Virus record (IMG/VR): IMGVR_UViG_2913157538_000006
Length of the DNA stretch: 11,227 nt
Origin: a virus
Lineage: Duplodnaviria > Heunggongvirae > Uroviricota > Caudoviricetes
Strand: one strand, 5' to 3'
In this document: positions 1 through 8,087 of the stretch, one piece after another
How positions within the stretch are numbered: position 1 is the stretch's first letter
Layout of the letters: every line of letters begins with the position of its first letter
Made by a program: the position numbers and the translations under genes
Notes under the pieces: model-generated
Database searches by the model: none
What the model saw: only the letters and a program-made list of their open reading frames with translations
What the model was told of the DNA's origin: nothing

Positions 1-1158
1 ATGCTCACCGTTAAGCAGATTGAAGCAGCAAAGCCGAAAGAAAAACCATACCGCCTTCTCGATGGTAATGGCCTGTACCTTTATGTCCCTGTGTCAGGGA
101 AAAAGGTATGGCAGCTTCGCTACAAGATTGACGGTAAGGAGAAAATCCTGACCGTCGGAAAATATCCGCTTATGACTTTGCAGGAGGCAAGGGATAAAGC
201 ATGGACTGCGAGGAAAGACATCTCGGTTGGCATCGATCCTGTAAAGGCGAAAAAGGCTTCGTCTAACAACAATTCCTTTAGTGCGATTTACAAGGAATGG
301 TACGAGCACAAGAAGCAAGTATGGTCAGTAGGGTATGCAACTGAACTTGCCAAAATGTTTGACGACGACATTTTACCTATCATTGGCGGCCTTGAAATTC
401 AGGATATTGAGCCGATGCAACTGCTGGAAGTAATCCGCAGGTTTGAAGATCGCGGTGCAATGGAACGAGCCAACAAAGCACGCAGAAGATGCGGCGAGGT
501 TTTCCGTTACGCTATTGTCACCGGAAGGGCTAAATATAACCCGGCACCTGACCTTGCTGACGCCATGAAGGGATACCGCAAGAAGAACTTCCCGTTTCTT
601 CCTGCAGACCAGATCCCGGCATTCAACAAAGCACTGGCAACATTTTCAGGAAGTATCGTATCGCTCATTGCGACCAAAGTTTTACGCTACACAGCCCTAA
701 GAACGAAAGAGCTTCGTTCCATGCTATGGAAGAACGTCGATTTTGAAAATAGGATTATCACCATCGACGCCAGTGTGATGAAAGGACGCAAAATTCATGT
801 GGTTCCTATGTCAGACCAGGTAGTTGAACTTCTCACTACGCTAAGCTCCATCACCAAACCAGTCTCAGAGTTTGTTTTTGCCGGGCGCAACGATAAGAAG
901 AAGCCAATCTGCGAGAACGCGGTACTGCTTGTGATCAAACAAATCGGCTATGAGGGTCTGGAAAGCGGTCACGGATTCAGGCATGAATTCAGCACGATTA
1001 TGAACGAGCACGAATGGCCTGCTGACGCTATTGAAGTGCAACTGGCACATGCAAACGGCGGATCTGTGCGTGGGATTTACAACCATGCTCAGTATCTCGA
1101 TAAACGCAGAGAAATGATGCAATGGTGGGCGGACTGGCTTGATGAGAAGGTGGAGTGA
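1..1158 (+). CDS. intS: Prophage tyrosine integrase (P4-like site-specific recombinase)
   Basis: 385-aa ORF starting at the window edge. C-terminal catalytic region has the tyrosine-recombinase pattern (HGFRHEF ... LAHANGGSVRGIYNHAQY). N-terminal MLTVKQIEAAKPKEKPYRLLDGNGLYLYV is typical of P4-family integrases. Symbol is from recollection of the E. coli K-12 CPS-53 integrase, not a database search. Confidence 0.92.
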   Translation: MLTVKQIEAAKPKEKPYRLLDGNGLYLYVPVSGKKVWQLRYKIDGKEKILTVGKYPLMTLQEARDKAWTARKDISVGIDPVKAKKASSNNNSFSAIYKEWYEHKKQVWSVGYATELAKMFDDDILPIIGGLEIQDIEPMQLLEVIRRFEDRGAMERANKARRRCGEVFRYAIVTGRAKYNPAPDLADAMKGYRKKNFPFLPADQIPAFNKALATFSGSIVSLIATKVLRYTALRTKELRSMLWKNVDFENRIITIDASVMKGRKIHVVPMSDQVVELLTTLSSITKPVSEFVFAGRNDKKKPICENAVLLVIKQIGYEGLESGHGFRHEFSTIMNEHEWPADAIEVQLAHANGGSVRGIYNHAQYLDKRREMMQWWADWLDEKVE

Positions 1159-1310
1159 GCGACCTTAACAACTATCGAATAGCACAAAGTCTTGCAATCC
1201 AGTGCAAAGCTTTGTGTGTATAAGTTTTGTCTCATCAACCACAGCAAGTATCGATCGATTAAGACTTGGATGATAGACTTCATTCCTTTGATTATTAGCT
1301 GATAGAAGAA

Positions 1311-1673
1311 ATGTTAAAGCTATTTGCAAAGTACACCTCTATTGGTGTGCTGAACACCCTTATACACTGGGTGGTTTTTGGTGTTTGTATCTATGTCGCG
1401 CATACAAACCAAGCTCTTGCAAACTTCGCAGGTTTCGTTGTGGCTGTGAGCTTTAGCTTCTTCGCGAATGCAAAATTCACATTCAAGGCATCGACTACAA
1501 CGATGCGCTACATGCTATATGTTGGGTTCATGGGGACACTGAGTGCTACTGTTGGATGGGCTGCTGATAGATGCGCACTTCCCCCGATGATAACTCTTGT
1601 CACCTTCTCCGCCATCAGCCTGGTGTGCGGTTTCGTCTATTCAAAGTTCATTGTCTTTAGGGATGCGAAATGA
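1311..1673 (+). CDS. gtrA: Bactoprenol-linked glucose translocase (GtrA flippase)
   Basis: 120-aa small hydrophobic protein with about four predicted membrane spans, immediately upstream of a GT2 glucosyltransferase. Its stop overlaps the next start (ATGA at 1670-1673). Matches the canonical gtrA position in serotype-converting prophages (K-12 name yfdG, recalled). Confidence 0.88.
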   Translation: MLKLFAKYTSIGVLNTLIHWVVFGVCIYVAHTNQALANFAGFVVAVSFSFFANAKFTFKASTTTMRYMLYVGFMGTLSATVGWAADRCALPPMITLVTFSAISLVCGFVYSKFIVFRDAK

Positions 1674-1756
1674 AGATATCTCTTGTAGTTCCTGTCTTCA
1701 ATGAAGAAGAAGCGATACCAATTTTTTATAAAACGGTACGTGAATTCGAAGAATTG

Positions 1757-1795
1757 TGATCTTACCCAGCAATAGTGGACACGCGGCTAAGTGAG
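1757..1795. repeat. IS3 left terminal inverted repeat
   Basis: TGATCTTACCCAGCAATAGTGGACACGCGGCTAAGTGAG matches the reverse complement of the right end at about 30 of 39 positions (aligned by eye). Confidence 0.8.
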
Positions 1796-1821
1796 TAAAC
1801 TCTCAGTCAGAGGTGACTCAC

Positions 1822-2121
1822 ATGACAAAAACAGTATCAACCAGTAAAAAACCCCGTAAACAGCATTCGCCTGAATTTCGCAGTGAAGCCCTGAAGCTTG
1901 CTGAACGCATCGGTGTTACTGCCGCAGCCCGTGAACTCAGCCTGTATGAATCACAACTCTACAACTGGCGCAGTAAACAGCAAAATCAGCAGACGTCTTC
2001 TGAACGTGAACTGGAGATGTCTACCGAGATTGCACGTCTCAAACGCCAGCTGGCAGAACGGGATGAAGAGCTGGCTATCCTCCAAAAGGCCGCGACATAC
2101 TTCGCGAAGCGCCTGAAATGA
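1822..2121 (+). CDS. insE: IS3 OrfA (transposase N-terminal, HTH DNA-binding part)
   Basis: ATG at 1822 is preceded by GAGGTG (1810-1815). Product is 99 aa ([32 protein letters not shown] ...) with a leucine-zipper-like C-terminus. The ORF track begins at an upstream GTG (1813); the ATG is the more likely start. Confidence 0.88.
2084..2088 (+). other. Candidate programmed -1 ribosomal frameshift site (A-AAG) for the OrfAB transposase
   Basis: In the orfA frame the codons read CAA AAG (2083-2088). The -1 frame is open from here into orfB. IS3-family frameshifting at A-AAG or A-AAA-AAG motifs is established knowledge; this exact site is inferred, not demonstrated. Confidence 0.5.
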
Positions 2122-2984
2122 AGTATGTCTTTATTGAAAAACATCAGGCTGAGTTCAGCATCAAAGCAATGTGCCGCGTGCTCCGGGTGGCCCGCAGCGG
2201 CTGGTATACGTGGTGTCAGCGGCGGACAAGGATAAGCACGCGTCAGCAGTTCCGCCAACACTGCGACAGCGTTGTCCTCGCGGCTTTTACCCGGTCAAAA
2301 CAGCGTTACGGTGCCCCACGCCTGACGGATGAACTGCGTGCTCAGGGTTACCCCTTTAACGTAAAAACCGTGGCGGCAAGCCTGCGCCGTCAGGGACTGA
2401 GGGCAAAGGCCTCCCGGAAGTTCAGCCCGGTCAGCTACCGCGCACACGGCCTGCCTGTGTCAGAAAATCTGTTGGAGCAGGATTTTTACGCCAGTGGCCC
2501 GAACCAGAAGTGGGCAGGAGACATCACGTACTTACGTACAGATGAAGGCTGGCTGTATCTGGCAGTGGTCATTGACCTGTGGTCACGTGCCGTTATTGGC
2601 TGGTCAATGTCGCCACGCATGACGGCGCAACTGGCCTGCGATGCCCTGCAGATGGCGCTGTGGCGGCGTAAGAGGCCCCGGAACGTTATCGTTCACACGG
2701 ACCGTGGAGGCCAGTACTGTTCAGCAGATTATCAGGCGCAACTGAAGCGGCATAATCTGCGTGGAAGTATGAGCGCAAAAGGTTGCTGCTACGATAATGC
2801 CTGCGTGGAAAGCTTCTTTCATTCGCTGAAAGTGGAATGTATCCATGGAGAACACTTTATCAGCCGGGAAATAATGCGGGCAACGGTGTTTAATTATATC
2901 GAATGTGATTACAATCGGTGGCGGCGGCACAGTTGGTGTGGCGGCCTCAGTCCGGAACAATTTGAAAACAAGAACCTCGCTTAG
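2118..2984 (+). CDS. insF: IS3 OrfB (transposase catalytic DDE domain; normally expressed as an OrfAB fusion)
   Basis: 288-aa ORF in the -1 frame relative to orfA, with ATGA overlap at 2118-2121. Contains an integrase-like catalytic core (WAGDITYL ... [10 protein letters not shown] ... [13 protein letters not shown]). Confidence 0.88.
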
Positions 2985-3014
2985 GCCTGTGTCCATATTA
3001 CGTGGGTAGGATCA
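2976..3014. repeat. IS3 right terminal inverted repeat
   Basis: Reverse complement TGATCCTACCCACGTAATATGGACACAGGCCTAAGCGAG pairs with the left end. Confidence 0.8.
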
Positions 3015-3847
3015 TTGAAGTCATATGAAGTGGAAATCGTTTTCATAAATGACGGCAGCAAAGACGCTACGGAGTCAATCATTAATGCTCTGGCTGTTTC
3101 AGATCCTCTAGTTGTTCCGCTGTCATTTACACGCAACTTTGGTAAAGAACCAGCATTGTTTGCAGGGTTAGACCATGCAACCGGGGATGCGATAATCCCA
3201 ATTGATGTTGACCTGCAAGACCCGATTGAGGTTATTCCTCATCTTATTGAAAAATGGCAAGCAGGTGCTGATATGGTTCTTGCTAAAAGATCTGACCGCT
3301 CAACTGATGGACGCCTGAAGCGAAAAACGGCTGAGTGGTTCTATAAGCTCCACAATAAAATAAGCAATCCTAAAATTGAAGAGAATGTTGGTGATTTCAG
3401 GCTGATGAGCCGTGATGTTGTCGAAAATATTAAACTTATGCCAGAACGAAACCTTTTCATGAAAGGTATTCTGAGCTGGGTAGGAGGAAAGACAGATATT
3501 GTTGAATACGTGCGAGCGGAAAGAATTGCTGGAGATACAAAATTTAATGGATGGAAACTTTGGAATTTAGCACTTGAGGGTATTACAAGCTTTTCCACAT
3601 TCCCTCTTCGCATCTGGACATACATAGGGTTAGTGGTAGCCAGTGTAGCATTTATTTATGGGGCGTGGATGATTTTAGATACTATCATATTTGGAAATGC
3701 TGTTAGGGGATATCCTTCACTACTTGTTTCAATACTGTTTTTAGGTGGAATTCAGATGATTGGAATAGGAGTATTAGGTGAATATATTGGACGCACATAC
3801 ATTGAAACCAAAAAACGCCCGAAATACATCATCAAGAGAGTCAAAAA

Positions 3848-5179
3848 ATGAATAAAGCAATAAAAGTATCATTGTATATATCTTTTGTTTTGATTATTTG
3901 CGCCTTATCTAAAAACATAATGATGTTAAATACATCTGATTTCGGAAGAGCCATTAAGCCATTAATTGAAGACATACCAGCATTTACATATGACTTACCT
4001 TTATTGTATAAATTGAAAGGTCATATTGATTCAATTGATAGCTATGAGTATATAAGTTCATATAGTTATATTTTGTATACATACGTCCTGTTTATTAGCA
4101 TTTTTACTGAATATCTTGATGCTAGGGTGTTATCGTTATTTCTAAAAGTAATATATATTTATTCATTATATGCGATATTTACTTCATATATAAAAACAGA
4201 AAGGTATGTAACTTTATTTACATTCTTTATTTTAGCTTTTCTTATGTGTTCTTCATCAACACTGTCAATGTTTGCATCATTCTATCAAGAGCAAATAGTT
4301 ATAATTTTCCTTCCATTTTTGGTGTATTCATTAACATGCAAAAACAATAAATCTATGCTTTTGCTATTTTTTTCGTTGCTAATAATATCTACTGCTAAAA
4401 ATCAATTTATATTAACCCCACTAATAGTGTATTCATATTATATTTTTTTTGATAGACACAAACTAATTATTAAATCTGTAATATGCGTGGTGTGCTTGCT
4501 TGCGTCAATATTTGCAATATCTTATTCAAAAGGTGTTGTTGAATTAAATAAGTACCATGCAACATACTTCGGTAGTTATCTTTATATGAAAAACAACGGG
4601 TATAAAATGCCATCGTATGTTGATGATAAGTGTGTTGGGTTAGATGCCTGGGGTAATAAATTCGACATATCATTTGGCGCAACCCCAACAGAAGTTGGAA
4701 CGGAATGTTTCGAATCTCATAAAGATGAAACGTTTTCGAATGCACTCTTTTTATTGGTTAGCAAACCAAGCACCATCTTCAAACTTCCATTTGATGATGG
4801 TGTGATGTCTCAGTATAAAGAAAATTATTTCCATGTATATAAAAAACTACACGTAATATATGGAGAATCAAACATACTAACGACTATTACTAACATAAAA
4901 GACAATATATTTAAAAACATTAGATTTATATCATTGTTATTATTTTTTATTGCTTCTATTTTTATTAGAAATAATAAAATAAAGGCATCTTTATTTGTAG
5001 TATCTCTTTTTGGAATATCTCAATTTTATGTGTCATTTTTCGGGGAAGGATATAGAGATTTAAGCAAGCATTTATTTGGAATGTATTTTTCGTTCGACCT
5101 TTGCTTATACATAACAGTCGTTTTTTTAATTTATAAAATAATTCAAAGAAATCAAGACAATAGCGATGTAAAGCACTAA
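3848..5179 (+). CDS. yfdI: Serotype-specific O-antigen glucosyltransferase (GtrS-type polytopic membrane protein)
   Basis: 443-aa strongly hydrophobic, AT-rich ORF with multiple membrane spans and a larger soluble segment. Third gene of a gtr cassette, with ATGA overlap to gtrB at 3848-3851. The symbol is the recalled K-12 locus name. Confidence 0.82.
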   Translation: MNKAIKVSLYISFVLIICALSKNIMMLNTSDFGRAIKPLIEDIPAFTYDLPLLYKLKGHIDSIDSYEYISSYSYILYTYVLFISIFTEYLDARVLSLFLKVIYIYSLYAIFTSYIKTERYVTLFTFFILAFLMCSSSTLSMFASFYQEQIVIIFLPFLVYSLTCKNNKSMLLLFFSLLIISTAKNQFILTPLIVYSYYIFFDRHKLIIKSVICVVCLLASIFAISYSKGVVELNKYHATYFGSYLYMKNNGYKMPSYVDDKCVGLDAWGNKFDISFGATPTEVGTECFESHKDETFSNALFLLVSKPSTIFKLPFDDGVMSQYKENYFHVYKKLHVIYGESNILTTITNIKDNIFKNIRFISLLLFFIASIFIRNNKIKASLFVVSLFGISQFYVSFFGEGYRDLSKHLFGMYFSFDLCLYITVVFLIYKIIQRNQDNSDVKH

Positions 5180-5187
5180 GTTTAAAT

Positions 5188-5209
5188 TGCGCGCCAATCA
5201 TGGCGCGCA
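5188..5209. terminator. GC-rich hairpin immediately after gtrS (possible bidirectional terminator)
   Basis: TGCGCGCC (5188-5195), 6-nt loop, GGCGCGCA (5202-5209): a perfect 8-bp stem 9 nt past the gtrS stop. There is no clear T-run on the plus strand; a short A/T-rich run follows on the minus strand. Confidence 0.35.
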
Positions 5210-5477
5210 CAAGCTATAATACCAACCTAATTTCTCCTCCTCTTAGAGTGACTATATCTCCTGATAGAATTGCGGTATTGACTATCAAATGCCCTGATTC
5301 GTTGTTTATTGTAATATCTCCTCTATCTGCAGACGATAACTTAAATGCATCATTGCCCACAACAAACCCCCTCCAGAACCAAGTGCTGATATTATCATCA
5401 ACAGTGATAGATACATATACTAACTGATTATCGTTATAAGTGATTCCTGTCTTATACTTAACATAAGGACTTCCACT

Positions 5478-5822
5478 TTGATTCTCGATAGACACATAAC
5501 ATCCAGGGGTTATGTTTGTATGCGTCCCGCGACTATCGCCCCATTAACGCCATACGATAAATGGGATGGTGAGAAATGGGTGACGGATACCGAGGCACAG
5601 CATAGCGTCGCAGTAGATGCAGCAGAAGCACAGCGCCAGTCGCTGATTGATACTGCAATGGCTTCCATTAGTCTGATTCAACTGAAATTACAGGCTGGGC
5701 GGAAGCTGATGCAGGCAGAGACCTCCCGACTTAACACTGTGCTGGATTACATTGACGCGGTGACGGCAACAGATACCAGCACCGCGCCGGATGTCATCTG
5801 GCCTGAACTGCCGGAGGAGTAG
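5478..5822 (+). pseudogene. tfaS: Tail fibre assembly protein fragment (C-terminal part only)
   Basis: The C-terminal roughly 90 aa (... PLTPYDKWDGEKW ... LDYIDAVTATDTSTAPDVIWPELPEE) resemble the C-terminal half of phage Tfa/gpU-type proteins and parallel the C-terminus of the convergent yfdK product (DTSSAPDIEWPTPP). The expected N-terminal motif (MxYxYSATTN) is absent. Confidence 0.72.
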
Positions 5823-6234
5823 GCCATTCAATATCTGGCGCACTGGAAGTATCGACCAGCTCCAGTGCGTCCAGATAATCCAGCCACAAATTATATTGCG
5901 CCAGTTCCTCACCTTTCAGACGACCAATAGCCGCTTTACCAGCCCATTGTTTACTGTTCATATAATCGTTGGCCTGATTAATCAATTGCTGCTTTTTCAG
6001 TTCGGCTGCAGCAATCTGTTCCTCATGTGTTGGTGGTGGAATTTCAGACCATGCAGGAAAACCATTTTCTCCAGCGATACGGATTTTTCCTTTCGGCGGT
6101 AATCCGGAAAACTCAATATACACTTGCTCATCAACTTCAACAGCATCATCTGGCCATGAGCCAGCTTGCGTGTAATCCTCTTTCATCTCCAAGGGATAGA
6201 AAGAGTTTGTAGTCGCGGAATATATGTAATTCAT
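5794..6234 (-). CDS. yfdK: Tail fibre assembly protein (Tfa/gpU family)
   Basis: 146 aa, beginning MNYIYSATTNSFYPLEMKEDYTQAGSWPDDAVEV, with GGAG about 7 nt upstream of the ATG at 6234. Lies directly downstream of the tail-fibre fragment on the same strand. Confidence 0.88.
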   Translation of the reverse strand: MNYIYSATTNSFYPLEMKEDYTQAGSWPDDAVEVDEQVYIEFSGLPPKGKIRIAGENGFPAWSEIPPPTHEEQIAAAELKKQQLINQANDYMNSKQWAGKAAIGRLKGEELAQYNLWLDYLDALELVDTSSAPDIEWPTPPAVQAR

Positions 6235-6260
6235 TTTTCACTCCATAAAGTTAAAAGAAA

Positions 6261-6779
6261 TTAACACCCTAATGCGAAAAATGAAGCACCGATACCGGGT
6301 ACGCCTGCTCTGGAAATAAATTTCACCGGGTCCTGGTTATAACCGGCACAAGCTATATAGCCAACATTTGCACTGCCGGGAGTGTAATCCTGAGTCGCAA
6401 ATACCCGCAGACATCTATTCGGAAATGCAATCGGAAAATAGGTTACTGTGTCCTGAGACGTCAGCGGAACATCAATTGGCCCCCATTGAATAATTAAACC
6501 GGATGGCAATTTTTGATATCCAGGAACTGAAGCAGAAAGCATAAAACTACCCATATCAGGTATCTGATTCGCCCCTGTCCCTACATTTCTTTTAGCCGCT
6601 TCTCCCAAACCAAGGTTTTCGAGAGCCTTTTGCACCGTGCCGTCCAATTTGATATCGCCAAACGGATTCTTGCGGCTTAACAGCAGCGCACGAAGCGCGG
6701 TAAGCAGCTGGTCATGCCGCCCCTTCTCCAGGCTGGCACCGGAGGCCTCCACAACGCTGCAAAGCTCCTCCTGCAACAT
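6261..6779 (-). pseudogene. yfdL: Tail fibre protein C-terminal (receptor-binding) fragment
   Basis: 172 aa from an internal Met. The same frame is open further upstream to 6983 with no plausible RBS at 6779, so this is the 3' end of a once larger gene. It is followed by a tfa gene, as in Mu S-U, P2 H-G and e14 stf-tfa pairs. Confidence 0.68.
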
Positions 6780-6828
6780 GTCAAAGTAGTCATCATCCAG
6801 ATCGGTGGCAGGCGTGCCGGTCTGGGGG

Positions 6829-7104
6829 TTACCACGGGTACGGGGGATTACCAAAGGCAGCACCTTTAAGCTCCGCAAGACGTTCTGACCAGTCATGCGC
6901 CAGCGCGTTGTCTTCCGCAGTGTAATACGCGGCACATTTGGCGTTATCACCATCAGTAAACAGATCCAGAACAAACGGGCCAAACAGGGTGTTAATTCCC
7001 CAGAAAATGTTGTCCGGCGTGCGCCACTGATCGCCCACTTCCTTCAGTTCATGGGCTGGTTTGTTCCGCAGCTCCACCAGCGCCTGGCAATATTTATTAC
7101 TCAT
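6829..7104 (-). pseudogene. yfdM: Phage Dam-type N6-adenine DNA methyltransferase, N-terminal fragment truncated just after the NPPY motif
   Basis: Product ends ... [12 protein letters not shown] then stop. NPPY is the catalytic motif IV of N6-adenine methyltransferases, which normally sits mid-protein. Start taken at the Met whose ATG overlaps the yfdN stop (TAATG at 7102-7106); the ORF track extends to an upstream start at 7137. Confidence 0.72.
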
Positions 7105-7598
7105 TAAGCCCCCACGTAATTCCCTGAGAGATACCACTCTTCACCTGATGCAGCCCGCTTACTGCTTTTCCGTAAACACCGTTCACGACGCGCCAGAAAA
7201 TTGTTTCGTTCTGGCTGGGAGTGGCTTTCACGGAATGCCGCCATCCACACCGTTGCAGCACGACGGTATAAGCCCCTGGACTCCAGTTCTTCCGCCTGGC
7301 GGGTCAGGCACAAAATCACCCGCGGGTCGTTAGTGCCGACATAGAAATTGCGCACAGGTCTGGTTTCACGAACTGGTTGTGGTTCCGGATCCTGCGCTCT
7401 CTCAGTCAGGCGCGGGAAATGTCTGTGTGTATCTCCTTCACAACGGTGAGCCACACGCCCACTCTGACGTAACTTGCTTGCTGACTGCAGAACGCGCTGC
7501 CGTGAGTAACCTGCAAAAGCATCCGCAATGTCTCCGGAAGTACAGCCCGGATGGGCTTCAATGAATTTCTGAACGTCATTCAAAAGACTCATGCTCAC
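7104..7598 (-). CDS. yfdN: Hypothetical prophage protein with a PerC-like C-terminal region
   Basis: 164-aa ORF. The segment AEELESRGLYRRAATVWMAAFRESHSQPERNNFLARRERCL resembles the GLWRRAA..W core of PerC/Pch-type regulators as I recall it; this is unverified. Start is ambiguous: GTG at 7598 (AGGA 8 nt upstream) or ATG at 7592. Confidence 0.75.
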   Translation of the reverse strand: MSMSLLNDVQKFIEAHPGCTSGDIADAFAGYSRQRVLQSASKLRQSGRVAHRCEGDTHRHFPRLTERAQDPEPQPVRETRPVRNFYVGTNDPRVILCLTRQAEELESRGLYRRAATVWMAAFRESHSQPERNNFLARRERCLRKSSKRAASGEEWYLSGNYVGA

Positions 7599-7963
7599 CC
7601 CCTGAATCCTGCCGGGATCTGGCTGTAGTCCACATTGTCGTAACTGGCTTTGAAGTACGGGTCTTCGCGTTTTTCTGTGTACGTGCTGACGGACGGCGAT
7701 AAGCGCAGGGAAAGCTCATCCCATTTTTCCCGCAGCTTCGACGGGCTGAGCACGTTACGGCACCAGAACGGATCGCGGCTGACGCGGCTGTACATCTCGC
7801 AGATTTGTTTGTGAGTACGACCATCCTGCACACACATCAGGCGAATTTCGTTTGCCCAGGCTGTCCAGTTCGGTTCTTTGGGACGAACCACCTCGCCGTC
7901 ACATTCGGCGGCCTGCTCGTACAGGGCGATGATTTTTTTCCAGAGCCACTGTGCGCAGGTCAA
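7595..7963 (-). pseudogene. yfdO: Replication initiator (lambda O-like) C-terminal fragment; frame open upstream through the iteron array
   Basis: 122 codons from a TTG at 7963. The same frame has no stop between 8455 and 7598 and no ATG/GTG/TTG upstream of 7963. The O-like assignment is recalled annotation supported by the embedded iterons, not by a search. Confidence 0.65.
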
Positions 7964-8087
7964 ATCATCCTGCGTTCCCCACTGGCGCTTTTTAGGGCTG
8001 AATACAACCGCATCAGGATGGCGAGTTAAAAAATCCTGTTCATCCGTCTGCGTGTCCGGTTGCGAAGCGTCCGGACGAGAAGGTTTT

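Larger units (their letters stand above)
1757..3014 (+). mobile_element. IS3 insertion sequence, complete copy (1258 bp)
   Basis: Starts TGATCTTACCCAGC and ends GTGGGTAGGATCA. Carries imperfect terminal inverted repeats of about 39 bp, an orfA/orfB pair in -1 frame arrangement, and a 3-bp direct target duplication TTG at 1754-1756 and 3015-3017. Length and end sequences match my recollection of IS3. Confidence 0.93.
1670..3851 (+). pseudogene. gtrB: Bactoprenol glucosyltransferase gtrB, interrupted by IS3 (5' part 1670-1756, 3' part 3015-3851)
   Basis: ATG at 1670 opens [29 protein letters not shown], then the frame runs into the IS3 left end at 1757. The same frame resumes after the IS3 right end (3015 onward: [16 protein letters not shown] ... 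DVDLQD ...) and runs to 3851, with two C-terminal membrane spans. Joined across the insertion the fragments give about 306 aa of a GT2 family protein (K-12 name yfdH, recalled). Confidence 0.9.

Noticed and set aside
94-1283. Minus-strand ORFs 94-318, 865-1122 and 1089-1283 inside or abutting the integrase gene
   Set aside because: They lie antisense within a well-supported 385-aa integrase ORF, have no RBS, and their translations are low-complexity. Typical shadow ORFs.
1159-1310. Dam/OxyR phase-variation switch upstream of the gtr operon
   Set aside because: Only one GATC is present in the region, whereas the known mechanism needs several GATC sites within paired OxyR half-sites. Kept only as a low-interest palindrome observation.
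1898-2261. ORFs 1898-2116 (plus) and 1986-2261 (minus) inside IS3
   Set aside because: They overlap orfA/orfB in alternative frames; IS3 is known to encode only OrfA, OrfB and the OrfAB fusion.
2721-5210. Minus-strand ORFs 2721-2996, 3341-3625, 4470-4745 and 4965-5210, antisense to insF, gtrB and gtrS
   Set aside because: Antisense to strongly supported genes with no start signals. Their length is consistent with chance in these frames.
5688-6212. ORFs 5688-5912 (minus), 5791-6102 (plus) and 6027-6212 (plus) overlapping the tail-fibre-assembly genes
   Set aside because: They are alternative-frame or antisense shadows of tfaS and yfdK, and their translations are cysteine- and tryptophan-rich low-complexity strings.
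5200-7000. Site-specific DNA invertase gene and 26-bp gix/hix crossover sites for the tail-fibre segment
   Set aside because: No resolvase/invertase-like ORF is present anywhere in the window, and a by-eye scan near 6780-6870 found only a poor palindrome (TTACCAAAGGCAGCACCTTTAAG). The scan was not exhaustive, so absence is provisional.
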